Shown: positions 15,828-25,707, numbered from the stretch's first letter. The stretch is DNA of 46,856 nucleotides from Microvenator sp. (GCA_041554035.1 JBFFMO010000001.1:1-46856); one strand, 5' to 3'. Notes: generated from the sequence alone by a model not told the origin. A program made the numbers and translations.

Positions 15828-16103
15828 TTACTCTCCCGGTTTCCAGTATAGGAATTCAGAATGGCTTGCCGTAACGCTGTCCACTACGCCGTCAACGACC
15901 GCCTGCAAGGCTGCGATCTGGTCCTTGATCACTTGATCAACTCCAGCGAATGCGGGGGTAGCCACGATGCGGGCCACCTCGCCCTGGGTGTCCAGAGCAG
16001 TATCGGCGAGGGCTTGCAACTTCGCACGCACCGCGAAAGCAGCGTCTTTGGCTTGCCCCTCTGTCCATGTGTTGTTTAACGTTTCGGTGATGCTCATAGT
16101 CAT
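15828..16103 (-). CDS. Hypothetical small helical protein (91 aa)
   Basis: ATG 16103 overlaps the upstream stop (ATGA). Confidence 0.55.
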   Translation of the reverse strand: MTMSITETLNNTWTEGQAKDAAFAVRAKLQALADTALDTQGEVARIVATPAFAGVDQVIKDQIAALQAVVDGVVDSVTASHSEFLYWKPGE

Positions 16104-17902
16104 TTCCCCTCCAGTACCGTCACGCGAGCCACAAGTTCGTCGATAAGTTCCTGCTGTTCCCGGTTGATCTCCCACAGGACGGGGATAATCTCCATCGGGC
16201 GCACGGTCTTGAAAGTATTCTCGATCACGGCTGTGCTGCCGTCGGTGAGAGTGACCGTCTGTCGCGGTTTTTGTTCACCCACCGCTGCCGGGTAGTAGGG
16301 TTCAAGGTCTTGAGCGATAAAGCCGGTGCGCAGGGGTTCTTTTTCAATGCCAAGGTCAAGATGGAACGTCTTACCGTTGAAAGTCATGCTCGGCCCGTCG
16401 GATAGCGACAGCGTTTGCGTCGTGCCGAGTGGATCAAGCACCTCGTATTCGGCACCATCCAGCGGGACGGTGAGAAACGTTTTGTCTCCCTGCACCGTGA
16501 CATAAAACGACGAGGGCGGTTTCGTGCCGGGGTAGCGATACCCGTCCAGGATCATCACCGGGCAACCAGCGGCCAGTTCTACAGCGAAAGAGTGCGTGGT
16601 TCCATCGTCGGAGGTTAGGGTGTAGGTGACACCGTCGTCTACCGGGATTTTTACCGTCCCGAGTCCCGGCTTGTACCGCCAGTCTTTCATTGGGACAGCG
16701 CGAAGCAGTGCAATGCCGTCCAGCGTTGTCGTGGTTTCGTCTTCTTTCAGCCTACGGTCTGACGTGTTGTTGAACGCAATCGCCCCGGTGCCGTTGGACT
16801 CGATGTTCCCGACTTGTGTCCCGTCGCCATCCTGAAACGAAATGAACGTGGTGCCCGCTCCGTTTGCATCGTTTCCCGCCTTGATGATCATGCCATTCGT
16901 GGCAATGGACGAGCCATCGCCGTTGTGAATCGTTGCGGCATATCCGTTATAAAGATCAACGTCAACGGAGACCATGCCGTCAGTGTCCACCCGCACATGC
17001 TTTTGCAAGACGGCGGCGTTCGGCACCTCGTTGCGCTGGAGAGACAACGCCTTGATTTCGTCGGCTGACAAGGCGCGATTGTAGGTGCGAAAATCATCAA
17101 CAAAGCCAGTGTACGGAGAAGTGCCGTCAGAAGATTTCCCGACAAAGAGATCATATCCTGTGTTCGTGATAGATCCATAACCAGTCAAGTCTAAAGCCGT
17201 GGCGTTCTCGGCTCCATTAACGTACAGCCTCAAAAAGTTGCCGTCCCTGACAGCGGTTACAAAATACCACCCCCCGCCAGAGATATTGGTTGTACCAGCC
17301 ATGTTTTTACGGGTGACATTGTCATCAATCTGGAGAATAACTACTCCGTTTACGATGCCAAGCATCCACTCTACTGCCGTGGCACCCCTACTGCCTTTTT
17401 GCGCGATGATCTTCACAGTTGAGGCCGAATAAGTTGTGGACAGCCAGCACGACACGGTGAAATCATTTGCCCCGAAATCAAGGCTCGAATCCCTCCCGCA
17501 GTTTATGAAATCGTCGACGCCATCAAAATAATATTTGCCGCTCCCATTGAACCCACCGTTCACCGTCCACGCAGCGCCGCTCACTGTCGCGTGGTTGCCA
17601 TAGGCCGAAGAATCCAGCACGGTCGTCCCGTCGATGCTCTCGGTATTAAAGTTCATCCCGAGTACCAGCCCGGTGTTGGATACCTGCGCACCGGTGGCCG
17701 CTTCGCCAAGGTCGGTCAGGTACGCACCGCTCCCGCGAAAAGCCGTCGCCGTCATATCCCCCGGAACTACCAGATCGCCGTTGGTGTCCACCTTGAGGTA
17801 CTGCGACACCTGCTGCCCGCCGTAGTACACCTCATCCGCCGTGGCGATCGCGCCGATGCACAGGGCGAAAAGAATTACAAAAATGCTGATAAACGCTTTC
17901 AT
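16100..17902 (-). CDS. LamG (concanavalin-like) domain tail-fibre protein with C-terminal S74-type intramolecular chaperone domain (600 aa)
   Basis: Laminin_G_3-like block (FDGVDDFINCG...FTVSCWL...WYFVTAVRDG...LYVNG). NNTSDRRLKED...GFIAQDLEPYYPAAV is the S74 chaperone signature. N-terminus MKAFISIFVILFALCIGAIATA looks like a signal peptide. AAGGAG RBS. Confidence 0.75.
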   Translation of the reverse strand: MKAFISIFVILFALCIGAIATADEVYYGGQQVSQYLKVDTNGDLVVPGDMTATAFRGSGAYLTDLGEAATGAQVSNTGLVLGMNFNTESIDGTTVLDSSAYGNHATVSGAAWTVNGGFNGSGKYYFDGVDDFINCGRDSSLDFGANDFTVSCWLSTTYSASTVKIIAQKGSRGATAVEWMLGIVNGVVILQIDDNVTRKNMAGTTNISGGGWYFVTAVRDGNFLRLYVNGAENATALDLTGYGSITNTGYDLFVGKSSDGTSPYTGFVDDFRTYNRALSADEIKALSLQRNEVPNAAVLQKHVRVDTDGMVSVDVDLYNGYAATIHNGDGSSIATNGMIIKAGNDANGAGTTFISFQDGDGTQVGNIESNGTGAIAFNNTSDRRLKEDETTTTLDGIALLRAVPMKDWRYKPGLGTVKIPVDDGVTYTLTSDDGTTHSFAVELAAGCPVMILDGYRYPGTKPPSSFYVTVQGDKTFLTVPLDGAEYEVLDPLGTTQTLSLSDGPSMTFNGKTFHLDLGIEKEPLRTGFIAQDLEPYYPAAVGEQKPRQTVTLTDGSTAVIENTFKTVRPMEIIPVLWEINREQQELIDELVARVTVLEGK

Positions 17903-17942
17903 GTCAGTTGCTCCTTGTTTTGAAATCTTGATACTTTCTCGC

Positions 17943-18839
17943 TTAAAGAGTCTCGATAATGATTTCGAGTTCCCACGCGAGAGAGTCGGTGTTTGTCCAC
18001 GTCAGCGTCGCTTGAGTGTCCGCCGAGATGTAGATCGGCTGCTCAAAGCGGGCCACCAGATTCGTCACCACTGCGGTGTTGTCAGGCTGCTGCACAGGCG
18101 GAGCCCACAGCACAGTGTCTTTGCTGTAGCCTGTCGCTGGCGTGCGAACCAGTTGCATGCCGCTTACGTCCTTTGCACTCGCCAGCGTGAAACGGATTTC
18201 CTTGATCTGATATGATTCCGGGTTGACCAGATCAAAATCGACGTTCCCTGTGCCGCTACTTCTCAATGATTTAATCAGTTGCATATCCTCGCTCCCTTCG
18301 GTTGTTGTTTCGTTTATGTTGATCGTGACGACCCGCGTCGCCTCGTCGTATGAATACTCTGCATCCGGTGCGTCCGGGTGGCGGATCATCATCACCGGCA
18401 GTTCGAGAGCCACGCCCCCCACGCCGTTACTGTCCACCGGCACCACGCGAAAGAGATGCTCTTGCCCGTCTTCAAGCGTGCGCGTCAACCAATCGAAATA
18501 AGTCCGCCCCTCTGCCTGAACGATGGCCCGCTCGATCCAACTCGTGCCGATCCGTTCCTCGATGCGGTATGACACCGCGTTGTCAACCCCAAGCCAACAC
18601 AGATACGGTCTGGCGGGATAAACCGCCGTCGGCACGTCCGCTGCATCGTCCAGCACCTCCACCAGTGGCAACGCCGCCGGGTCCACCGGGATCGTGATCG
18701 AGGTCGCGGCGGTGACGGCGTAGAGAAGCCCGTCAAGGTAGACGTGGTACAACGTCCAGCCCAGAGTAGCGTCCCACGACAACACGACGTTGCGCCGGTC
18801 ACTGGCCCACTTGGCGGAGATGTTGGCTACATCACTCAT
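17943..18839 (-). CDS. Tail protein with FN3-like repeats (298 aa)
   Basis: ATG 18839 overlaps the upstream stop (ATGA). VVLSWDA...YHVYLDG and YRIEERIG...FRVVPVDSNG resemble fibronectin type III modules. Confidence 0.6.
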   Translation of the reverse strand: MSDVANISAKWASDRRNVVLSWDATLGWTLYHVYLDGLLYAVTAATSITIPVDPAALPLVEVLDDAADVPTAVYPARPYLCWLGVDNAVSYRIEERIGTSWIERAIVQAEGRTYFDWLTRTLEDGQEHLFRVVPVDSNGVGGVALELPVMMIRHPDAPDAEYSYDEATRVVTININETTTEGSEDMQLIKSLRSSGTGNVDFDLVNPESYQIKEIRFTLASAKDVSGMQLVRTPATGYSKDTVLWAPPVQQPDNTAVVTNLVARFEQPIYISADTQATLTWTNTDSLAWELEIIIETL

Positions 18840-19207
18840 GCGATCACCTGCACAGTCCACTCGGCCTCTATGCGCCAGGAACCGCCCGTTGTAGAGATGG
18901 CGAGTTTCTTTACCCGCGTCACGTTCACGCCCGTGATCATCACCGTCCAGACATCTTCGTTCTCATCGCGCATCTGCACGATTTTGCCCTTGGCGGCGTA
19001 GTATCCGGTCTTGGCAGCGAGAACGGTCTCTTGTGATATGTAGTGCGCCACGCTTGAGAGGCGGGAGTCTTCGGCCCGCTTTCCGACGTTGATAAAGCCG
19101 GTGCCGTCCACGCCGGAGCGTTCAAAGGGTTCGATCTTGATGGCTGCGGGGTTGACGGTTCCGCGCAGGTTGGTGAAACTGTATGCGCTAATGTAGGGGT
19201 AGGCCAT
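18836..19207 (-). CDS. Minor tail protein (gpM-like by size and position, 123 aa)
   Basis: Immediately follows the tape measure gene (TAATG overlap). Confidence 0.5.
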   Translation of the reverse strand: MAYPYISAYSFTNLRGTVNPAAIKIEPFERSGVDGTGFINVGKRAEDSRLSSVAHYISQETVLAAKTGYYAAKGKIVQMRDENEDVWTVMITGVNVTRVKKLAISTTGGSWRIEAEWTVQVIA

Positions 19208-20766
19208 TAGTGGATTCCCCCGCTCATGCTGGTCTGGGGGTGTGCCGCCGCTTCAGATTTAAGCACTGCGGTGTTTTGCGCGGTATTTATCTTGATCAGC
19301 ACATCCAACATATTGGAAAGGATTTCCGCCTGTTTTTCCTCTCGTGCAGTCGGCTCCCTTCGCTCGTATGAAGGTAAAACAGCCATAGAATCCATGCCGA
19401 CGCTGTGACCGCCACTCGTTGTGGTTGGATTCTGTAGTTTTTGAATCTCTTCTTGGATCAGACTTTTTGCGACATCATAGGCGTCACTGTCTCCAGCGAA
19501 AGTTTTGCCCTCAAAAAGAAGCGAGTTGATCTTCGCCTCCAAGCCAGGCACACCAGCGGCTTTCATTGTTTTCTGTAAGCCCTCGCGGTGAGTGGCGACA
19601 ACCGCATCATCGTTTGACGTTTGCAATTGTCCTGTTGCTGAATCATACGCACGCTTTGTGGCAGCGACTTTTTCCAATGGATCGACAGTGCGGTTGCTGA
19701 TCGCCTGCTGCCCCAGATTTTTCAGTTCTTCGCCCTTTGGTATTTTTTTAAGCATTGATTCATATTTGCTATACACGTCTTGCCCGCTAAGCAATTGCTC
19801 CATAGGAGCGAGAAACTGCTTTTCAATGCTTGCGCCCTCAAGGAATTCGTCTCTCAGTTTCTTGTTTTTAACAAGGGCGCGGATGCGCTGCGTCATTGTT
19901 TGGCCGGGCCGGTCCAGTTTTTTGTCCTTAAAGAACCCGCGCAATTGCTCAGCCAGGGATATGCCAGCAGTGCCCGACGATGCGCCCATAACATCTTTTC
20001 CGGCATTTGAGAGAGTCGCAAAAAGAGCCGCAGCACCCTCGGCTGTGGCATCCATGCCTTGAATTCCAACAAGGGCCTTGGGAATATTGACAGCCTGCTG
20101 TCTTGCATCTTTTACGCGAGAAAGACCACCAACAGCAGATACTAATCCAAGGTTGATGTCTGCATCAGTTGTTTTTGTAACGTCTGAGACATCGAGAAGC
20201 GACCCTGCGAAATCCGCGATCTCTTCCGGTTTATCAGCGAGGAACTGCGCCGCCTTGCGTACGGCCTTAAGCGAAGCATCAACATTGCCACCACTGGAGG
20301 ACAAAGCCGAAGCCATTGCCGAAGCCAGATACTTCTCATCGATATTTTCTTCTTTCGCCATTGCGGCAACGGACTTGAAAACAGAGCCTAAAGACTCTCT
20401 GGATGCCCCAGACATGTTGCGGTTGATGTCCATGCGCGCACTATTTAGTGTGATCTGCTTAGACTCGGCCTCTTTCTGTATCTCACGCTGGCGCTCCATC
20501 TCACTCGTAATAAGTTTGACCGTGCCGAGCAATATGCCCGCGCCGCCGCCAACAAGCCCAATACTGGTAGCCAACGACATTGCCGCTGTCTTCGCTGTTT
20601 TGAATCCCTTTGTTATCCCGTCACCGTCCTTGGCGACCTGCTTGGACGTGCGGCTGGTTTTCTTCAACTCGGCAATGACTTCGCCTTGCTTCCGAACTAT
20701 CTTCTGTAGTTCAGAAATGCTCTTGGAAGCATCGGCATCGACCTGTAGAACGACCTTGTTTGCCAT
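19207..20766 (-). CDS. Tail tape measure protein (519 aa)
   Basis: Long helical Ala/Lys/Glu-rich protein with a Gly-rich hydrophobic segment (AAMSLATSIGLVGGGAGILLGTV). Lies upstream of the distal tail genes. Confidence 0.6.
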   Translation of the reverse strand: MANKVVLQVDADASKSISELQKIVRKQGEVIAELKKTSRTSKQVAKDGDGITKGFKTAKTAAMSLATSIGLVGGGAGILLGTVKLITSEMERQREIQKEAESKQITLNSARMDINRNMSGASRESLGSVFKSVAAMAKEENIDEKYLASAMASALSSSGGNVDASLKAVRKAAQFLADKPEEIADFAGSLLDVSDVTKTTDADINLGLVSAVGGLSRVKDARQQAVNIPKALVGIQGMDATAEGAAALFATLSNAGKDVMGASSGTAGISLAEQLRGFFKDKKLDRPGQTMTQRIRALVKNKKLRDEFLEGASIEKQFLAPMEQLLSGQDVYSKYESMLKKIPKGEELKNLGQQAISNRTVDPLEKVAATKRAYDSATGQLQTSNDDAVVATHREGLQKTMKAAGVPGLEAKINSLLFEGKTFAGDSDAYDVAKSLIQEEIQKLQNPTTTSGGHSVGMDSMAVLPSYERREPTAREEKQAEILSNMLDVLIKINTAQNTAVLKSEAAAHPQTSMSGGIH

Positions 20767-20768
20767 TA

Positions 20769-21332
20769 TTAACCTACCTTGCGCACTGGGCGCGGCTTCG
20801 GCTTGTTCATCTCGTCAATCACTATGTGCTGGACCTCTTGGGCGACCGCCGTCTCTTCCTCGGGGTGCGTTTTGCTCAAGGCCCGCTCGAAAATGCTGCG
20901 GATTCTTGCGCCATATCCCGCGCTGCGATAAGCCAACGCCTGCGCTTTTTCGTAAGAGATGCGCTTCTCTTTCATCAAAACAAAGATGCGCTTTTCCATC
21001 GCCTGGGGAGAATACTGGTCAGGACGACCGAACTTCAAATGCAACGCGGCCCGCTTCGACGTTCCCTTCACGTCGTTCAACCGCTTGTAGGCCGTGATAC
21101 GCTTGCGCAGAGAGCCACTCTCCACCAATGGCGCACCGTTGCCCTTTTTCTTCTTGAGTTCCAAGTACGCCCCGCCATATCGTTCGCGGGAGCCCTTTTG
21201 GAAGTGCAGCGGGGAATAACTCTTGTGGAGAAGAACAACGCCGCGAATCAAGCCAGTTTTCATAGCCCGAGCCGTTGGCTTGCGCCCGATGATTTCCGCG
21301 ACATCGCCCTGAATTCTAAATGTTTGAATCAC
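20769..21332 (-). CDS. Virion morphogenesis-like / tail assembly protein (187 aa)
   Basis: Position. Loose resemblance to the phage virion morphogenesis (Mu tail-S-like) family (HFQKGSRERYGGAYLELKKKKG...LVESGSLRKRI). Confidence 0.45.
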   Translation of the reverse strand: MIQTFRIQGDVAEIIGRKPTARAMKTGLIRGVVLLHKSYSPLHFQKGSRERYGGAYLELKKKKGNGAPLVESGSLRKRITAYKRLNDVKGTSKRAALHLKFGRPDQYSPQAMEKRIFVLMKEKRISYEKAQALAYRSAGYGARIRSIFERALSKTHPEEETAVAQEVQHIVIDEMNKPKPRPVRKVG

Positions 21333-21413
21333 GATTAAGCACCTCGTCCAGTCGAGCCAAGTCCCACCAGGTGGGACGATACTTCGGCAGCATTCCTGCC
21401 GCCCACATTCGTG

Positions 21414-22091
21414 CTATTCTTTTTTTTTACGCTCTGCGGCGGGCGGAAGGTTCGGCCCGTCAATCAAGGCCATCAACACACGCGCCAGATTATCGCCCTT
21501 CAACAAGCGCAGCACAGTCAACTCCCAAAGCGTCACGCGGTAATTGACCGCCAACGCCTGAACAGCAATGCGGCGTTGCTCGTCTTCACGGACCGCTTCC
21601 TCGGGCACCTCCCCGTCACGCAAAGCAATTGCCTCGTTGAAAACCAACTCCGCCGACTTCGACAACTCTTCATACTCCGGTTCGATGATCTCTCCGCCAT
21701 TGCCGTCTTTATCAAGGCCGTAGTACGTCGGGAAAACCTTCGCCGTCGGGCACTGCCACGCCTGTTTCCCAAACGCCGTTTGCATGGTCGCCACATACCC
21801 GTCGAGCATGTTCCCGCGCTCCAGATCGGCGGGCTGCGGAGGGTTGGCCGTCTCGAAACCAATCCAGAAACCCTTGCACTCGCGCCAAGTCTGCTGGCCA
21901 GCGTAGAAGCCCAAGCGAGGCATGGAGCCGCCCACTTGCGGGAATACAAACACCACGCCCCCACGCCCGCTCTTGTCCGGGCCTGCGGTGGCCTGAATGG
22001 TCTCGGGGCTGCCGTGGTTGATCCCAAGCGCATCCAGATCGCTCGTGGTCACAGTTGGCTTGCCGGGGATGTAGTAGAGAAAGCCGGACAT
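21414..22091 (-). CDS. Hypothetical tail-module protein (225 aa)
   Basis: ORF packed between the putative tube gene and the morphogenesis-like gene. Confidence 0.6.
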   Translation of the reverse strand: MSGFLYYIPGKPTVTTSDLDALGINHGSPETIQATAGPDKSGRGGVVFVFPQVGGSMPRLGFYAGQQTWRECKGFWIGFETANPPQPADLERGNMLDGYVATMQTAFGKQAWQCPTAKVFPTYYGLDKDGNGGEIIEPEYEELSKSAELVFNEAIALRDGEVPEEAVREDEQRRIAVQALAVNYRVTLWELTVLRLLKGDNLARVLMALIDGPNLPPAAERKKKE

Positions 22092-22092
22092 A

Positions 22093-22992
22093 TTACGCCC
22101 CCGTGGTGTATGCGAGATTGATCGCGATAGGCGCGTTGGTGTCGTCGCCTGCCGCCTTGATAACCAAAGCGGGAGCCTTGGAGCCGTTCGCGTCTTCGAT
22201 CTGCGTAACCATCAAGCGGCCAGAACTCATTGTGAGTTCGATGTAACTGTTCAAACGCCCCGTGGAAGTATCCGGGTCGCTGGCTTGCAAATAGAATTTC
22301 GCATCGCTGGTCAGGTCTTTACCGACCATCCCCTCGGATGTGAACAGATCCATTTCCTTTGTGGTGAAAGCAATCGAGGCACCCTGCAACTCTTCGATGT
22401 CGGCATAAGACACGAAGGGGTCGGCCCCCTCTGTCTCCATGCTCTCCTTTATGCCGGTGTCGACCATGAGCGATTGCAGGCCAACCAACGTGACGCCCTC
22501 GACAACCGCGTGAGACAGGTAATAGCCGCGCTCTGTGGTCGCGGGATAAGCGGCCAGCGCGGTACTCCCAACAATCAACGGAAGATTCACGCCATCCTTG
22601 AAGCCGAACACATCAAAGGAAAGTGTTGCTTTTTGTCCCTTGGTCGCCTGAATCTGCCGGGGGATAGCCACGCCCTTTGCGATTGTGAGCGACTTGTGTC
22701 CGGTGGTGTCGTTTCCGGCATACGCCTTGCGCTTTTTCAGCCAGGCAACAAATGGGTTTGCATCAATCTGAAGCATCCCCAAGCCCATTGCCGTAAGAGC
22801 AGCACTGAGGGCAGGGGTTTGAACGCTAATTTTCGGGACGTATTTCACCACGTCGATTGATTCAGGAATCAGGCGACCGCTACCCATTTCGGCGATTTCC
22901 TCGACCTCTGGCGACAAGTCCCAATTTGAAACAGGATCGATGTCAACGAGGCCCAGTTTAGCCATGTGCATTCTGTATTGTTCTAAAGCCAT
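22093..22992 (-). CDS. Putative major tail (tube) protein, by position only (299 aa)
   Basis: Follows the head-tail connector genes. No sheath-sized gene is present. Confidence 0.4.
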   Translation of the reverse strand: MALEQYRMHMAKLGLVDIDPVSNWDLSPEVEEIAEMGSGRLIPESIDVVKYVPKISVQTPALSAALTAMGLGMLQIDANPFVAWLKKRKAYAGNDTTGHKSLTIAKGVAIPRQIQATKGQKATLSFDVFGFKDGVNLPLIVGSTALAAYPATTERGYYLSHAVVEGVTLVGLQSLMVDTGIKESMETEGADPFVSYADIEELQGASIAFTTKEMDLFTSEGMVGKDLTSDAKFYLQASDPDTSTGRLNSYIELTMSSGRLMVTQIEDANGSKAPALVIKAAGDDTNAPIAINLAYTTGA

Positions 22993-23005
22993 TTTCGTCG
23001 CTCCC

Positions 23006-23455
23006 TTACCACGTTATAGTCAGAACCGTTTGCACATGATCCTGCGCCGAATCCGGTTCGATCTCTTCCTCTTCCAGGCTGGCACGAGTGGAAACCCCGA
23101 GAGTGATTTTCCGGGCATCCATGTAGCCAGGCACACCAGCAAGTGCCTGCATCTCTTCCACAATCTTTCCAATGATTACGTCTTGCGCTAAAATCGCTGC
23201 CTCTGCATCGCCCACCGGTTCGCCCCAAATGCCGACAAACAGGCTTCCCTCGTCGTAAAAACCACGCTCGCTCGTCTCTATGTCGAGCCGGTCAACCACC
23301 GCGTAGGGCTTCGGGGTGTCCGGGGATGTGCCAACAACAAAGATGCTCTCCAGAGCCTCTTCCTCGCTGGCTGCCCCGCACCAGTTCTGGAACGTCTCAG
23401 AACCTGCCAGCGTGCGGCGTGCGACGGCGTAGAGGTTGGTAATGGGGTCACTCAT
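23006..23455 (-). CDS. Head-tail connector / tail completion protein (149 aa)
   Basis: Position after the capsid gene. ATGA overlap with the upstream gene. Confidence 0.5.
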   Translation of the reverse strand: MSDPITNLYAVARRTLAGSETFQNWCGAASEEEALESIFVVGTSPDTPKPYAVVDRLDIETSERGFYDEGSLFVGIWGEPVGDAEAAILAQDVIIGKIVEEMQALAGVPGYMDARKITLGVSTRASLEEEEIEPDSAQDHVQTVLTITW

Positions 23456-23814
23456 GGCCGCACCCTCCTGTGGTTCTGCACTGCCTTATTCACCGGGTCG
23501 TATCGCTTCACGTCGAACTTGACCCAACCGTCCGGGCCTGCGGGGTTGTGGGGCTGAACGCGCCACCGTAGGCCGTCGATCTCAAAAATGCCGCCGGTGG
23601 GAGGGTTCAACACAACAACCGGCACCCGGAGCCTGTAGGTTTTGCTCTCGCCATCTCCATCGTCGTTGAAGGCGAACTCTACCGGCTCACGGTTCACGAA
23701 CGCCCGCAAAGTCTGGGGGGTGCCGTCGGGGTCATAAATGACCGCTTCGGCAAGCCCCCCAGACGAGAGGGCTTGTGTGTCGCGCTTGGCTTGTTCAGCA
23801 AATGTGCGCAACAT
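23452..23814 (-). CDS. Head-tail joining protein (120 aa)
   Basis: First gene after the major capsid gene. Confidence 0.5.
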   Translation of the reverse strand: MLRTFAEQAKRDTQALSSGGLAEAVIYDPDGTPQTLRAFVNREPVEFAFNDDGDGESKTYRLRVPVVVLNPPTGGIFEIDGLRWRVQPHNPAGPDGWVKFDVKRYDPVNKAVQNHRRVRP

Positions 23815-23824
23815 GGTTCACCTC

Positions 23825-24904
23825 TTAGGCAACGACCTTCTGGATGCGGATAACCTGAATGTTCTGGATGATCGGAACAGGACAGGAAGCCACCAGCATT
23901 TTGATGGCGGGCGGGTCATGCTCGCCCCACATCTTGCTGTAGAGTTGGGTCTTGATGAGGCGCATGGACTCGGGGCGACCGGAACCGTCAACCGATTCAA
24001 AAATCGCGCCGTAGTGAATGCCGATGCCAGCCATGCGGCCGTCAGCGGGAACCATTGCAATCTTGGTCGGGTCCCAGATTTCCGTCAGCGTGTTGCTGTT
24101 CGACGGGAAGGCTGCGCCGTCGTACTCGAACAGGTCGAAGCCGAACAGCGTGCCGATGAACTCGCCTTCCTGCATGGAGGTCAAGAGGCCGTTCGCCATC
24201 TTGCGGTTGTCGAGTTTGCCGGAAACAACAGTGTTGTTGCGCAGAGCGTCGGCAGCCTGATAGCCAAGCAGGACGTTGAGTTTGCCCTTGTACCCGCTGT
24301 GGCGGCGGATTTGACGCTTCAGCGCGTTCAACTGCGCCTGGATGTCGGAAGCGTCAGCCGTCCACAGGTCATCACCCGTAAGGGCGGGCTGAATGATCTT
24401 GGTGTCGCCAGCGCCGGACGTGAAGTTGTAGTCCACTTTGTAGCGGGCCACGCCCTTGGCATCCTTCATGGTAGCCTTGCCTGTCGCCAGCACCTCTCCA
24501 GCCCATCCTTCGATGGTGCTTTCGATGCTGTCCAGCATGTTCTGGCCCTCAAGCAGGATGCGGCTGTTAAGAGCCGCGTTGGGGTCGGTGTTCATGCCGT
24601 CGAACGTGGGCGCACCAGCCATCGGCACAGCCGCGACCTGCTCATCGATCGGGTTGACGATGCGGATGCGCGGGGGCGTGATCGACTGAAGCGTGCCGTC
24701 GGCATGGCCCACCGGGGTGGCTGCTTCACCAACGCCAACAACCGGAAGCATGCGGGCGCGGATGGTCGTGTCACCCAGGGAAATGGCCTGCGTCGAGTGC
24801 GTTTCGCGATAGCCGAAAAGCGTCTCGCCCAGAAACGTGGTGCTTTTGAGTTTGCGCAGAAAGTTCAAGATGGTCTGCGGCGTGTAACCGTTAATCGGGA
24901 ACAT
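23825..24904 (-). CDS. Major capsid protein, lambda gpE family (359 aa)
   Basis: Size, position after the gpD-like gene, and gpE-like N- and C-terminal patterns (ending ...HDPPAIKMLVASCPVPII...). Confidence 0.8.
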   Translation of the reverse strand: MFPINGYTPQTILNFLRKLKSTTFLGETLFGYRETHSTQAISLGDTTIRARMLPVVGVGEAATPVGHADGTLQSITPPRIRIVNPIDEQVAAVPMAGAPTFDGMNTDPNAALNSRILLEGQNMLDSIESTIEGWAGEVLATGKATMKDAKGVARYKVDYNFTSGAGDTKIIQPALTGDDLWTADASDIQAQLNALKRQIRRHSGYKGKLNVLLGYQAADALRNNTVVSGKLDNRKMANGLLTSMQEGEFIGTLFGFDLFEYDGAAFPSNSNTLTEIWDPTKIAMVPADGRMAGIGIHYGAIFESVDGSGRPESMRLIKTQLYSKMWGEHDPPAIKMLVASCPVPIIQNIQVIRIQKVVA

Positions 24905-24964
24905 TTTTTCTTTCCTCCTGTTTTCAATTCGTCGTTATTTTTGTGTTCTCACCGGGCGAAATGC

Positions 24965-25666
24965 CTACGGGAGGATGACTGTTGCGCTTTCGATGGCGGG
25001 CAGCAAGGCAGCCACGACAGACGCGTCGGACTCGTCCGCCAGCGTCTCGGCAAGGATGTCGCTGCCAAGCAGGGCGGCCTCGATGTCGGTGTCGGCCTGT
25101 GCGGTGGCATCCAAGGCGGCAAGGTTCACCGTGCCAGCAACGATGCAGGTGCAGGCGGTGTCTTCAGCCAGGGTGTCGGTGTCGGGATCGTTGTAAATGG
25201 CGTACTCGCCGCTTGCGCTGTACGCGGTGAAGTCCACCCAATTTTCGGCGGTGGCGTCGTACTGCAACACCTGGCCCACGGTGGGCGTGGCGGCAGCATC
25301 GACAAGAAGGCTCTTGGTTTCGCACGGGCCGAGTTCCAAAGAACCAGCGGCCACGTCAAACAACAGGGCGGCGAAGTTGATCTCGCCTGCGATGATGCAC
25401 GTTGCGGTGGTGTCTGCCGTCAGGGCAACACCATCGTCGTCGTGCAGGATCGGTTCGGCGAAGATCGCCAGTTTCTGGTTGCGGCCAGGATCAAACCCGG
25501 CGAAGTGCTTCCACGCGCCGAGAACTTTGTCGAACTCCAGCACGCGACCGATTTTCGGAATTACGCCCGCTGCGACCGTCAGGGCCAACTTGCGGACGAA
25601 ACCGGCCTCAAGGTTTTTCAGAGTGGCGATGGTAGCCGCCGTGAGTCCCAAACTCGTTTCACTCAT
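24965..25666 (-). CDS. Head decoration protein with two tandem gpD-like repeats (233 aa)
   Basis: Internal duplication: PKIGRVLEFD...TATCIIAGEINFAAL and PTVGQVLQYD...ACTCIVAGTVNLAAL. Lies between the protease/scaffold and capsid genes, as lambda D does. Confidence 0.55.
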   Translation of the reverse strand: MSETSLGLTAATIATLKNLEAGFVRKLALTVAAGVIPKIGRVLEFDKVLGAWKHFAGFDPGRNQKLAIFAEPILHDDDGVALTADTTATCIIAGEINFAALLFDVAAGSLELGPCETKSLLVDAAATPTVGQVLQYDATAENWVDFTAYSASGEYAIYNDPDTDTLAEDTACTCIVAGTVNLAALDATAQADTDIEAALLGSDILAETLADESDASVVAALLPAIESATVILP

Positions 25667-25707
25667 TTTATTATGTCTCCGTTTCTAAAGTCTTTTTTGC
25701 GGGCGTG

